Shown one piece after another: positions 25,051 to 38,821 of a stretch of 64,000 nt of DNA. Source of the DNA: Octopus bimaculoides (Eukaryota); NCBI RefSeq assembly GCF_001194135.2, contig NC_068985.1, forward strand, positions 7,279,641-7,343,640. Direction: 5' to 3'. Both the position numbers and the translations under genes were made by a program. How positions within the stretch are numbered: the stretch's first letter is position 1; each line of letters starts with the position of its first letter. The notes under the pieces were generated by a model that worked only from the letters and a program-made list of their open reading frames with translations, ran no database searches and had not been told where the DNA came from.

Positions 25051-25857
25051 GCTACTACTACTACCAGCATTACCTAGGGATCTGTTGCACGTACTTCAAT
25101 CCACAGGTGAGATTCATCATGATACCGGAAGCCAACAAATCCCTCATCGATGCAACAATTCTTCAACTGCAGCGACGAGATGCATCCACTTCTTTCAATG
25201 ATAAATTCTACCATTTTGTGGTTCCGACTAACAGGAAAAATTGAATTATTCGCATCAAATTTATAAGTTGTGTCATGGCAACAGAAATGTTTGAAACCAT
25301 GTAAATTTAATAGCGAACTTGATATCAGCATTAAAAGCATTGGTTTTTCAATGTTCTAATATAATGTTATATGAAAATTATTTTGGGAAATAAATTTCTG
25401 AATGAATAGGGGATTTTTATTAATTATGTATTAGAAATATAGTGGTAAAATGGCAGTATTAGAATTCCTTGTGACATTTTCCCGACTATTTGTACTTCGG
25501 TTTCGAATCCAACGAGACTAACTATACATTTATCTTTTCAGAGCCGCTGAAATAAATTTTAAACAAATACAAAAACACCGACCCTTCCCCCCGTCCCAAA
25601 AAAAAATTCTCAATTCTTATTCAATGTAGGAAATCCAAGAGTGTTGAAATGGAAGAATCATTAGGACATGGAACAAAATGCATGACAGTATTTGGATACG
25701 ATTCTTTATGTTCTGAGATCAAATATTGCCAGCTTTACTGTTTATCCTCTGGGATCCACAAATAAACTACTATTATCGTACTGGGATTGGGAGAAACAAA
25801 ATCCCTCTCAACTACTGCTCTTGTAAAAATGTAAGTCATTATGTATATCTTTGATAA

Positions 25858-25909
25858 GGCGGTGAGCCGGCAAAATTGTTAGCACGCCGGGCAAAATGCT
25901 TAGCAGTAT
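25858..25909 (+). mobile_element. SINE1 head only (3'-truncated)
   Basis: ggcggtgagccggcaaaattgttagcacgccgggcaaaatgcttagcagtatt, after which similarity stops. Confidence 0.85.
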
Positions 25910-26121
25910 TACCTATAAATATATTTCTACATTTGATATATATTTACTAATTTTGCCTATACGGCTTTTATGCTTGCGGCCACTAACGTTGTTAGTTTTA
26001 TGAATGAGAATGTTCTTTGAAATATATGTGTTTATATATATATACATATATATACATACATATATATAGACACATATATATATATATACATATATGCATA
26101 TACAGCCACACATATATATGC

Positions 26122-26226
<105 letters not shown>

Positions 26227-26427
26227 CACACATATATATATATAATTATTACAAATTAAAAGGGTAAAGGATTATCAATTTATTAATTAATAAATCAATT
26301 AACAATTAATAATTTTTACCAAACCCATCGGTATGAAAGCACCATTATTGGTGGAGAACTTATTTAAAAGCTCATATATATTTATAATATCTACACACAT
26401 ATATATATGTTAAAGTCTGTCATACCA

Positions 26428-26466
26428 GCCATGACGAAGGGAAATAGCCCTGAAACTCGAGTCGCC
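26428..26466 (+). ncRNA. Degraded minimal hammerhead-like motif
   Basis: gc-C(a)TGACGA-AGGG-aaatag-CCCT-GAAA-C-TCGA-G-TC-gc. 4-bp stem II, palindromic TCGA loop, GUC site. The core carries an extra A and stem I is only 2 bp. Confidence 0.45.
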
Positions 26467-26685
26467 TTTATATATTTATATTTATATATTTATATATTTG
26501 ATCCTTTATATTGAACACTCAATATTTCATCTACATTCAATACTTTCTTTCATGGTGCCATCCATTTTTATTTTATTTTATTTTATATTATATATTGTAT
26601 ATTCCATATTCTATACCCCACATTGGTTCTGCAGGAATATAAATAAAACATAAAAAACAGATAGTGTTGGAACTCTTTTAAACAA

Positions 26686-26762
<77 letters not shown>

Positions 26763-27245
26763 TATGTGGGAGGGTGAGTGTGTGTGTGTATGTGTGTGTG
26801 TGCGCGCGCGTGTCGGTGTGTGTGTATTTATATACCGAAAAATTCTAAAAGAAGCGTTGCAATGTTAAATGTATCCCTTTATGATTTTAATGATAATGGC
26901 GTATAACAAGACGACTTTCATCTGAATAAAAGTATAATAATACCGGTGTAATACGAAATGTGACTATTTTATATTTTAAGTTAGACTATATTTTATTTGA
27001 GATGACCTTCGCAACACTAACCAGAGCATTAACAGGCTTCTTTTCCGTAATGTAAAAGTTGAGGAAGGTTAACCACGTCCGATTCCACCCACTTTTTTCT
27101 GTACGTGTTAGTACTACATGAGATTAATAATGCTTTTAACAGAACTTCCTTATTGAACTTAAAATCATTTCCTGTCTGTCTATATTTTATATGTGTGTGT
27201 ACTTCAATGTGAGAGCAACTACTTGTATAAATGTTCTAATTTTCG

Positions 27246-27312
<67 letters not shown>

Positions 27313-29601
27313 ATGTATATATATATACATATATACGTGTGGTTCCTTAAATTTAGCATATAAAATATCAGTATCATAAATATCTTTATTTTATGATATA
27401 GATATCTCCAAATACACACGCAAAACTTCCCACGGTAATAGATATATATATATATTGAAGTATGCATGTATGTATGCATCTATCTAGATATGTATGTGGC
27501 TATGTTCTTTCACATATACAGTACAAAACTGTGTATCTATGTATAATGTATATATTATGTGATCAGGTATACGTGTATGTGTTTGCGAATGTGTGTGCGA
27601 TAAATGGAATATGTACGCACCAATCCTAGTAGGTGTGCTTTAGTTCTCAGAGATGAACAATCATTTTATAATCGCGTATATTCGGTCATTTTCTGTGAGA
27701 TTTAAACTTTTATGCATTTCATCTCATAACATCAATTTTTCTTAAAAGCATTGTCAGCCGGCATGTATTTCCTTGTCAAAATGAAATATATCTTTTCTCT
27801 TTTCAGGAACCCCATTATTCTTCAATTATTATATTTGGCATGATAAAATCTTTCAACAGATTACTATCGTCCTTACTAAACTTTTCCGGTGGCTATCTTC
27901 ACATTATATAAGTTTATTATTAATGTGCATTCGTAACAAAAACTCGCTATTGGAAAAACTGATTTTTTTCTTTCTTTACTTTCAGACCAGACTTTCGGTA
28001 TGGCTGTGTATTCGTCCTGGCATCATTGTAGTTTACTGTCGTAAAGAGTGGCATTAAATCCATTCCATAAATGAGGTTTCCTTTTAATTTTACGGCAAAT
28101 ATTTCTTTACTTGTACACAAATTAGTAGTCGTAAGGTATGAATACAAGTTGTGTGTTTAAACATTGTTCCGCATTTCACCAACAAATGTGAAAATATTTA
28201 TATAAAAATTTCTAAAATGGATTTGCATTAGCATTACAATGTAAAGTAATTACAAACTGTTGGAAAGTTTTTTAAGATATCCTTACTATACTTGAGAAAA
28301 TGTTTTAAACGTTGGCCAAATCGTCGCAGGATACGAACGAAATTTATTCTGAATTAATATTTCAAATATAAATTTTAATGATGTTAATACTTAGAGGGAA
28401 ATGGTCTGGTAACTAACATTGTACTAACTTTCAAAGTCAGGAATATTTAACAGTGAACTAACATTCTTACTAAATTGGTGCAGTTGGTAAGAATTTTCGC
28501 ATTTATTTATAAATAATAACATTATGAATCAAAGGCATTTCCTATGAATATATCATGGAGAATTCGTGTGCATGTATGACATCACATATTCATAGACTTT
28601 GGAGATGGTAATTGCCGTTTAACTCACTCATGGAAATTAATACAACTTTAGAAATTTGGTTCACAGTAAGAGAATTATAAGAGCTCAATAACAACGGCAA
28701 GATGAAAATGGAAGACAGTAATTTAAAGCGGATGTAAACTATGGCAGTATCTGCCATTCTCGTCTTTCATAACTGTTCGAATGCTTGTGAATCGGCAGAC
28801 ATGTTAAGAAACGATCAATAAGGAATGTGTGCATCAACCATTTAAAAGGAACTATATGCTATTTGGTAATTCTGCAATATATGAAAATAAGATCTACAAT
28901 TAGCAAGTTAAAAGGAAGCTGGAGCGTGACCGGAAATCAACTTATGTGATAAGCAGCGCAAGAATAAATTGTTGCTTGAACATAACTTACGTTACATGTC
29001 GCCTTTGAAATTTAACTAGCATTTTCGTACTTGGCACTTTCAAAGAATCCCTTCCTTACCTTGGTGAAACGATTTTGGTTAATAAATAGAGCCCGGTCAT
29101 ATATAGCTGTCAATGATAGAAGTAACGTAAACGTATAACTGGCAAGAATATCCCTTTGAAGATCACAGTGAAAAAAAAATACCTCTACAATTTTATAATC
29201 AAATAATATGTACTGCAAGAGAAAAAAAGTATATAGAAGAACCAAGAAAAAGCCATTCGTGTGCTTGATCCAGAAAGCTACAAAGAGAAAGTGAATTGTC
29301 AGTGCGTGATCACACTGAAGGTTTTGTACAGCAACTGTCCTTCAAATAAATGCATAAATATATTGACGGTAAAGGTTATAAATGCGCATGCTTGAAATTG
29401 TTTTTATAATTTCAAAGTTCGTTTAGTGTAGCAGTAGGTAAGTATGCTTGTGTATTGTTTAGTGAAGTGTGTGTATGATTGGATGCTAAATAACGGTCAG
29501 TTAAAGAGAGGTGTATGTATATTTTGAACACTTATTTTGGGTCCGTTTGCTATGGATAAATATTAATTCTATACTATTGGAATTTCTTTCTTTCTGGCAC
29601 A

Positions 29602-29704
<103 letters not shown>

Positions 29705-30674
29705 TCGCATACATACACTGTTCAACGCATCAACTCATATATTACCGACTGAACCAAAATGAAATAGTCGATTTTATCAGTCAAAGTACATGACTAATGC
29801 TTTTTTCTCTTAAAAGACATGTAGCATGGAAGAAAATAGTGCTGTTACTTTAGGCTCAGATTCATATACTCGCGTATAATCCTATACACACTCTCAAACA
29901 TACGCAGGCAAATGCGTATAGAAATAAACACATGTAGAAATATACAAACACATACACGCACACACATTCATTCAAATATGTCTGTGTGCGTTTGTGTGTG
30001 TCTGTATGTGTGTATATGTGTGTGTATGTGTAAATGGGGAACAGCTTTCCTTTCTCAATTTATTATATTAAAGACATAATTATGCTCAAGTTTGATGTTT
30101 TTAGGAAGACATTTTCCATATTCCCTCATTAGTCCTTTGTGCTCAGTGGAGACCAATAGAATCCCTGAATCCATTTCCCTATCGACGTTTCAAGATCTAC
30201 ACGGATTCATCATCAGCATGAAACGATTATTGGTTTGTAGTTTGTTATTGATAGAGTTTCTATAATTTCTTTTGTGTGGAACTCAATATAAAATTCCCTG
30301 CACGATTAGCTAATCATTTGCCATCAATTTCGTGTTGTATTATTATACATTTTTCGAGCCCTCTTAAATGTGTCTTCACTCTACGTGGAAAATCGCGCTG
30401 CGTGTCCACTTGTAAGAGTTTGTGTCATGAAGTTTAAAACTTTTTCCCTTTACGGGATTAGCGAATCACCGACAAATGATGGAAGCTGTGACGCGCTGTT
30501 ACGTTGTGGCTATTGTGCGTCTGTTACACTGATCATCTGGAGTAGGTTGTGTGATTTGCTAGTTTACAGTGTCACGTTAAACCCTTATGGTGTCCCATTC
30601 AACAACTAATCTATTTACCTACACATAACAAATTGATTCATATTGTTATATGTCGAGATGCTTTTATTATTTTG

Positions 30675-30880
30675 CTCTTTTACCTGTCTCAGTCATCTGA
30701 CTACGGCCATGTTGGAGCACCGCTTTTAGTCGAACAAACCGAGCCCAGGATTTATTCTTTGTAAGCCTAGTACTTATTCTATCGGTCTCTTTTTGCCGAA
30801 ACGCCAAGTTACGGGAACGTAAACACACCAGCATCGGTTGTCAAGCGATGATAGAGGGACAAAAACAGACACACAAATAC
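30675..30880 (-). mobile_element. SINE2 3' half, running into (TA)n and the N-gap at 30937-31415
   Basis: cagtcatctgactacggccatgttggagcaccg..aagcctagtacttattctatcgg..gttgtcaagcgatg. The 5' half is not seen and may lie in the gap. Confidence 0.9.
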
Positions 30881-30892
30881 ATACATACATAC

Positions 30893-30936
<44 letters not shown>

Positions 30937-31415
30937 NNNNNNNNNNNNNNNNNNNNNNNNNNNNNNNNNNNNNNNNNNNNNNNNNNNNNNNNNNNNNNNN
31001 NNNNNNNNNNNNNNNNNNNNNNNNNNNNNNNNNNNNNNNNNNNNNNNNNNNNNNNNNNNNNNNNNNNNNNNNNNNNNNNNNNNNNNNNNNNNNNNNNNNN
31101 NNNNNNNNNNNNNNNNNNNNNNNNNNNNNNNNNNNNNNNNNNNNNNNNNNNNNNNNNNNNNNNNNNNNNNNNNNNNNNNNNNNNNNNNNNNNNNNNNNNN
31201 NNNNNNNNNNNNNNNNNNNNNNNNNNNNNNNNNNNNNNNNNNNNNNNNNNNNNNNNNNNNNNNNNNNNNNNNNNNNNNNNNNNNNNNNNNNNNNNNNNNN
31301 NNNNNNNNNNNNNNNNNNNNNNNNNNNNNNNNNNNNNNNNNNNNNNNNNNNNNNNNNNNNNNNNNNNNNNNNNNNNNNNNNNNNNNNNNNNNNNNNNNNN
31401 NNNNNNNNNNNNNNN

Positions 31416-31446
<31 letters not shown>

Positions 31447-32349
31447 TTATATGCAGTTTTATTGTCCTTGTTTTAAAGTCCGTTGTCTGGAAATCTTTCG
31501 TCACACATTCTGTAACCTCTTCAGCGACTCTCAATACCACGTGTCTCTTCCCGTTCTGGGATAGCGAGCTTTTGAAGTTTCCAGACAGAGAGTATGGAGC
31601 ACGCGTGCACACGCATAGAAATTCGAAAAAGTAAACGAATGAAGGAGGCAATCGATATATTTACATTAATATAACACAAGTACCGCTGGAACGCCATTCA
31701 TCATGAAATATATTTCTAATACCATTATTTGATGTACTCAATGCAGTGATGTAGTGGTTGTTTCTTTCGTTTCCCACAGATGTACTAATGTAATGGCGAA
31801 TGTGTGCGCACAGTATGTGCATGTGTTTATATTATATACACACAGAGAAGGGGACAAACACAGAGAGGAAGATATATATATATAAAGAGAGAGATAGATA
31901 GATATAATATAATATAGGATAAATTCTTTATAAGAATTTAAAAAGTAGTCAGCGTGAAAAAACCTCATAATGAAAAAATAACGAAAAATTTCGTAATGAA
32001 AAAAGTCATCGTTTCTTCATAGATATATTTAATTATATATAAAGGGCATTAACTGTGTATATATAATTAAATATAGATAGATAGAGATAGATAGATAGAT
32101 GGATAGATAGATACATATACATACATATGTTTGTGCGTGTGTGTGTATATATATATAGACACACAGACACACATACGTATATATATATACGTGTGTTTGT
32201 CTGTCTGTATGTCTGACTGTCTGTATGTACGTATGTATTATGTAAGTATGTATGTGTTATACATACATGTGTGAGTGTGCGCTGTAAATCTAAATACATG
32301 CGTGGGTGTTCGTATGTGTGTGGATATTTGTAATAATTTTTTATTGTAT

Positions 32350-32351
32350 AC

Positions 32352-32387
<36 letters not shown>

Positions 32388-32475
32388 TAATGGTGGTGGT
32401 GGTGGTGGTAGTGGTGGTGGTGGTGGTGGTGGTGTGGTGGTAGTGGTACATTAGTAGTAGTAGTAGTAGTAATAC
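32350..32475. repeat. Compound (CAG)/(TAG)/(TGG) trinucleotide tract
   Basis: Directly visible. Confidence 0.93.
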
Positions 32476-32572
32476 TAATAATATTAATACTGTATTTATG
32501 AATATATTTTCCCATGCTTGGAGACAATACATATGGCATCAATGTATTATAGACCTGTATATATATATATAT

Positions 32573-32604
<32 letters not shown>

Positions 32605-32941
32605 TCTTTTATTCTTTTACTTGTTTCAGTCATTTGACTGCGGCCATACTGGAGTACCACCTAATTGTCGAACAAATCGACCCCGGGATTTATTCTGTGT
32701 AAGCCTAGTACTTATTCTATCGATATCTTTGTCGAACCGCTAAGCTACGGGGACAGACACACACATATTTATATACATGACGGGCTTCTGTCAGTTTCCG
32801 TCTACCAAATCCACTCACAAGGCTTTGGTCGGCCCGAGACTATAGTAGAAGACACGTGCCCAAAGGTGCCACGCAGTGGGACTGAACCCGGAACCATGTG
32901 GTTTGTAAGCAAGCTGCTTACCTCACAGCCACTCCTGCGCC
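32605..32941 (-). mobile_element. SINE2, full length
   Basis: Complete tail (ttcttttacttgtttcagtcatttgactg) to head (cacagccactcctgcgcc). Confidence 0.95.
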
Positions 32942-33773
32942 CATATATATNNNNNNNNNNNNNNNNNNNNNNNNNNNNNNNNNNNNNNNNNNNNNNNNNN
33001 NNNNNNNNNNNNNNNNNATATGCATGTTTATATGTATATATGTTTGTATGTATGCATAGTACATATGTCTGTGAGAGTGCGTGCATATATGTGGTGCGTG
33101 TGAGACGATGTGTGTAGAGTTAGTGATATAATTATCCATATGCTGATACATATAATCGCATAGAGATACACTTGCGTCTAGGATCGAGCCTATTTGAATT
33201 ATTATTGTCGGTGTCTGTGAATACGTAAGTATACACGTGGGTGTATATACGTCCGTTTGTTCATTTGTTTGTTTGTTTGTTTGTTTTTTTTTTTGTTGGT
33301 CTGTGTGTGGCAGTTTCAAAACAAAAAAAACAAAATCAGACGGTGTTAGTGGTGTGTCTGTGTGTGTGTAATAAATCTGTTTGTTCAATATTTTTATTTT
33401 ATGAAGCACATTAAATATTAAAATTCTCATCGGAAACAGCCGAAGTATTAAGAAAAATAATACTCGTTTGATTTCAATTAAAATTTCAAATATATCTTAA
33501 CAAAATTATTGAAACAATAAATCAGCATTTTTTTATTTTTCATTCAAGCTGTTTATTTTTTGTATCATTATGGTTTTTAATTAAATTTCAGTGTGAATTT
33601 CCATCGCTGTATTAACACTTTCCATTGTGTAGCTTTTTAATTCTATACCATGACCTGCACTGTATATCTTTCTGTACAAAACCTATTCCGTACAATCGCC
33701 ATCCAATAATATATCAACACCCATATAACAAATATTTTTCACAATCACTTTGCATTATGATAGTACGACTAAA

Positions 33774-33978
33774 GGCTGTGTGGTGGCAGAATCGTTAGCA
33801 CGCTGGACGAAATGCTTAACGGTATTTCGCTCGTCGCTACGTTCTGAGGTCGACTTTGCCTTTTATCCTTTCGGGGTCGATAAATTAAGTACCAGTTGTG
33901 TACTGGGGTTGATCTAATCGACTGCCCCCCCTCCCGCCAAATTTCAGGCCTTGTGCCTATAACAAAATAGGATTATTA
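33774..33978 (+). mobile_element. SINE1, tail A, with an internal deletion across the B-box
   Basis: gttctgaggtcgac lacks the 16-bp gttcaaattccgccga segment. Flanked by attatgatagtacgac and attattataatacgac. Confidence 0.9.
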
Positions 33979-33992
33979 TAATACGACTGTAA

Positions 33993-34400
33993 GGCAACGA
34001 GCTGGCAGTACCGTTAGCACACCGGGCGAAATGCTTAGCAGTATTTCGTCTGCCGCTACGTTCTGAGTTCAAATTCCGCCGAGGTGAACTTTGCCTTTCA
34101 TCCTATCGGGGTCGATAAATTAAGTACCAGTTATGCACTGAGGTCGATGTAATTGACTTAATCCGTTTGTCTGTCCTTGTTTGTCCCCTCTGTGTGTAGT
34201 CCCTTGTGGGCAGTAAAGAAATAAGAAACGTTAGCACACCGGCAAAATGCTTAGCGGTATTTCGTTTGTCTTTACATTCTGAGTTCAAATTCCGCCGAGG
34301 TCGACTTTGCCTTTCACCTTTCGGGGTTGATAAAATAAGTGCCAGTCGACTTAACCCACCTCCTCTGAAATTGCTGGTCCTGTGCCAACATTTGAAACGA
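33993..34400 (+). mobile_element. SINE1 dimer (tail-B unit fused to a headless tail-A unit)
   Basis: Junction ..aaagaaataaGAAACgttagcac.. at 34225-34229. TSD attattataa(t/c)acgac at 33972-33987 and 34401-34416. Confidence 0.95.
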
Positions 34401-35861
34401 ATATTATAACACGACCTACACACTACGTATACTTCTCTGCACAAGTACCTACCCCCAATAATATAACACGAACAACACAATGATTTTGTAGTGAATGGAT
34501 ATAACAGAGTGTACAAGGAATGTACGTATCATCATATTACTCGTAAAGCCTTTTTCTACAAACTGTAGTGGTTGTTTAGAATTACTATATTAGAAGTAAC
34601 ATAGAAGAGAAGACTAAAATAGCCTCCATCAACTGAATTGCTCAGTATGAAAGCATTTGCGAACCTGGGCTAATGAAAGAGCTTCGACGTGGTCCATCAG
34701 TCGACAATAAATAATGCAACTCATAAAAATGCTTTTAAAATATCGAATGACATGCTGAATTCTGTAATCCTAGATCTACAGAATGATGGAATGCTCATGT
34801 CTAGAGCGTATTACTTGACTAATCTTCGCTGTACGGGATTATCTGGGTCTTAACAGCAACAATATGATTATGTTTTCGAAATATAAAAATACAATGATAA
34901 TCTAATTTATACAACAGTCGAGTCGATACGATAATTCCAACCTGTCATATACTTTGATTGGTTAGTATAGATAGGCGTTATCGATAAACGTGGACATGAC
35001 TGATACAACGTTGAGATGCTGTTCGTATTCTTTAACCAGATGATACAAGCGAAACTCGGTTGTAAAATCGCAAAAGAAACCGTTACATGCTATTGAGCAA
35101 GTGGCAAAGTGTAGATGATAATCAGATTGTCAGGTTCTAAAAATGTTAACGAGATTAAATGGCATTTAAATTATTAATGATATGTGCAAGCTGTAACTGT
35201 TGACCTACATAACTATACGTGTAGACATAATTCATACATTGTAAAATACGATTTTATAATATAATCTGGTGATGTTAATTTGTAGAGGTTAACCTTAGGT
35301 TAGAATAAATTACATGGTCAGAAATTTTAGACAAAGGAGCCATATATCTAAATATATCTATGAAATAAACGCAACTAATTAGTTTGCTTTTAAACGTGAC
35401 AAGCTTCTTATACAATAGCTACAGACAAGAATACAGTGCATCAATGTTAATAATGGATTGTAGAATTTGATTAGAAAAATAACTGAGTTGTAATTTGCAA
35501 GTCGAGCTCTGATAACTATTTTATTGTATCTCATAGCTCATTAAATGTATACATTTCGGAGACAGATTGTTGTCGTAAAGACTATAATTTTTCAAACATT
35601 CAATACGAAGTTTTAGAGACGAAATGATTTCTTTTTATACTACGCTTCAATAACTTCGATATCTGATCGTTATCATTTGCTTTATTGCTAGATATACATG
35701 GAACTTGTGTGAATTCGAACTTGGACCCTTTATTTTCAAACTAAGCGTAGTGAATTTTAACCACTAGTGCGAATATAAATTTTCATGTCTAGGAGAACAC
35801 TTAATTGTCCTAAAATATTTAATCTCGTAGAGTCTAACTTACCAACTTAACCACATGTATA

Positions 35862-36075
35862 TTTTTCTTTTCTACTCTAGGCAAAAGGCCCATAATTTTG
35901 GGGGAGGGGACCAGTCGATTAGATCGACTCAGTACGCATCTGGTACTTAATTTATCGACTCCGAAAGGATAAAAGGCAAAGTCGACCTTGGCAGAATTTG
36001 AATTCAGAACGTAAAGAAACGAAATACAGCGAAGCATTGCGCCCGGCGTGCTAACGATTATGCCCGCTCGCCGCC
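35862..36075 (-). mobile_element. SINE1, tail A, full length
   Basis: Complete head, core and tail A on the minus strand. Confidence 0.93.
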
Positions 36076-37159
36076 TTCGCAATATATTTATTTAAGCATG
36101 TGTTTTGGGCAATGTTGAAAATTACAGGCTATGAAACCATAGGTACAGCCCTAAAAATATTTACAAGTTTGTCCTTCTGCTGTGAGTAATGTATCTAAAT
36201 TTATTGTTAATGAGCATGGAAGCCTAATTACCAAAAATGATTTATAAGCACATTTTATTCTAATTACTTTAGAACTTAAACTAAGAGATTAGTTGGACAG
36301 CGGGCTTAAAAAATGTAAAATATCCAGATAATTTCACTAAAGGATAGCAAAAATGATTGTAAATTGTCAAGAGATATGGTGAAGCAGGTATATTTCTATT
36401 AACACGTACAGCGTATCATGTGATAAATTAGGAAATTAAAAATTCCATAATGCGGATGTTAAATGTGAGAGATATCCTGACTGTTATTCTCAAATATAAT
36501 AACGAACATGATGCAGTATCTTATCATTAATGTTAATCTAGGTATCGCGTGTTGTATAATTAAAATCTAATTAATTTATGAAAGAGAGAAGAAGAAAATT
36601 AATAGTTATAAGTTATCGATAAAAGTTATGATCCAGCAATACCTTAGTTGTGATCGCTGAAACAAAGTAGCTAAAAACTTGTAAGAAACACAAATAATTC
36701 AAAACGCTGGAATAATAATGTTATGAAGAAGAAAGGAGAACATTTGTGCAAAAGCCTTCGTGAGGGAGACGAGAAATATCATCAGTTAATGAATAATCTA
36801 TGATTATTGCGAAAGAAGAAACTAAATGGCAAAGTAAAATGAAGACCTAAAATTTAACAGCGGAGAGAGAAGGGCTGAAATATTGCACATAAACTGCATT
36901 ACTCAAGCACATTCACATATCTACATATACAGATGCGCACATTATTACCAATGATTATAAACACGTGTGTAAAAAAAAGGCAAGATTAATCAAATACACA
37001 CACACACACACATATACTCGTATTTTCCTAGTAATTTCATATAGGCATACCTATGCGTATATATAAGCACACGCATTTATATAGACATAAGGATATATGC
37101 ATAGGTATACGCACATATTCCAACGTTTTGAAACATGAAATTCATCACAATATATTTCA

Positions 37160-38095
37160 ACAATGCAGAAATTGTATTCATCGTAGTACCATTAAAATCA
37201 ATAGATTTTTGCCAATGAGTTACAAGTTTGATTATTCCGGTAACATTAAAATCTGGAGTTCTGGAGCTGATGAACTATTTGAAGGTAATTTCGGCATCGG
37301 TTTGATTTTTGAACTCCTTCTCTCGCAGGAAACTATCAAATTGCTTGAAAAAGTGGTAGTTGGTAAGAGAAAGGTGTGAGGAATAAGCTGGGCGGGGTAA
37401 AACTTCGTAGCCAAGTTCTCTCAACTCCTGGAGTGTCATTAGTGAAACGTTCGGTCGAGTATTATCATGAAGCATGATTGGCCCTGTTCTGTCGTCCAGT
37501 ATGGGACGGAAGAGTAGCAGTTTTTCGTTCATTTTGGCAATTTCATGGCAATATATTTCTGCAGTAATGGATTTTCCGGATTTTATGAAGTTATAGAGGA
37601 TGAGTCCAGCAGTACACCACCAAACAGTTACCATAACCTTCTTTTTAAAGAGCTCACCTCCATTTTGGTCCAACCACTGTGAAGAACGTTCTTTTTCATC
37701 ATAAGTTACAATATGGTCGAGAAATGGATCAGTCTGGCTACAGAGAAGCAGCGACGATCAAATTTCATATCTGCGCATTTTCCGATTTTCATTCAAATCG
37801 TGAGGTACCCATTTGTCGAGCTTTCTTTGATTTTCCGATCGCATGCAAATGGTTGCAGGCAGTTTTCTGGCTAACATGAAGTTCTTCTGCTAGTTCGCGA
37901 GTGGTTTTACGTGGATCTTTCTCGATGATGGTCTTTAATTGACTGCCATCGATGACAGAAGAGCATTCACTACGCTCACAATCTTCAAGGCTCCACTGCG
38001 AAATCATTTAAACTATTTTCCTCGCCAAACGTTTCGTAGATGTCGCAAGCAGTTTCAGCTGCTTTACGTCCTTTTTTGAAGTTGAATAGCAAAAT
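37160..38095 (-). mobile_element. Mariner transposase pseudogene (most of the coding region, frameshifted)
   Basis: ILLFNFKKGRKAAETAC; LKTIIEKDPRKTTRELAEELHVS; KKVMVTVWWCTAGLILYNFIKSGKSITAEIYCHEI..PIMLHDNTRP..LGYEVLPRPAYSSHLSLTNYHFF. Confidence 0.92.
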
Positions 38096-38165
38096 TCTTT
38101 CAGTTTCCATCTACCAAATCCTCTTGCAAGGCTTTTGACAAACACAAATATATACAGAGAGAAAG
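38096..38165 (-). mobile_element. SINE2 internal fragment
   Basis: ttctttcagtttccatctaccaaatcctcttgcaaggcttttg matches the SINE2 core. Confidence 0.65.
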
Positions 38166-38314
38166 GGGGAGAGTGAGATAACACATAATCAGGATTTGGA
38201 TCAGAAATATTATTTAGCGCTTTCGTTCTTTTGAGGGAATTATCACCGATACTGGATCGCCTCAAAAGGACGAAAGTGGTAAACATATGGTTATTATCCA
38301 AATCTTGACTACCT

Positions 38315-38821
38315 CCTTTTCTTCATGCGTAAGGAGCTTCGTCATGGAAGATCTGTAGAGCTCGTCGAGGAACAAAATCCTATCGAAACTGCTGAGGAAC
38401 TAGCAAAGAGGCTTGGATTTGGTCATTCACTCAGTCATTCAAGTCAACGCTAGAAGAAAAATAACCACCTTGGTTTCAAGACGAAAGGTGTTCTTCCGTC
38501 AGGATAATGCTAGGATGACATTCCAAAGGCTTGAGCAGTTTCGATGGGAAACGATGCCCCACCCACCGCAGTCTTCAAAATCATTTGGACGGAAAAAATA
38601 TGAATTCTGTAGACGAGGTCAGAACGGTACTGGAGGAGTATTTTTCGTCACGGACAAACGAATTTTGGAAGAGGGGGCCTTGCAAGTCTACCAGATAGAT
38701 GGATGAGCATTATATAAAAATGAAGGAGAATATATTTTAGATTTATAAAGAACTTTGTTTATCTTAATTTTCAAATATAAAAGAAGTATTTAAAAACCGC
38801 ATTATTTATGGGCTGACCCAA
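38315..38821 (+). mobile_element. Second mariner remnant (different family) with right TIR
   Basis: AEELAKRLGFGH; RKVFFRQDNAR..RLEQFRWETMPHPPQS; LASLPDRWMSII..EGEYILD. Ends aaaaccgcattatttatgggctgacccaa+TA. Confidence 0.88.

Noticed and set aside
24459-25244. 261-aa plus-strand ORF
   Set aside because: It is a patchwork of a unique 100-bp segment, a SINE2 half, (TG)n and (TAC)n. Only the 24.5-kb segment is kept, as a weak exon candidate.
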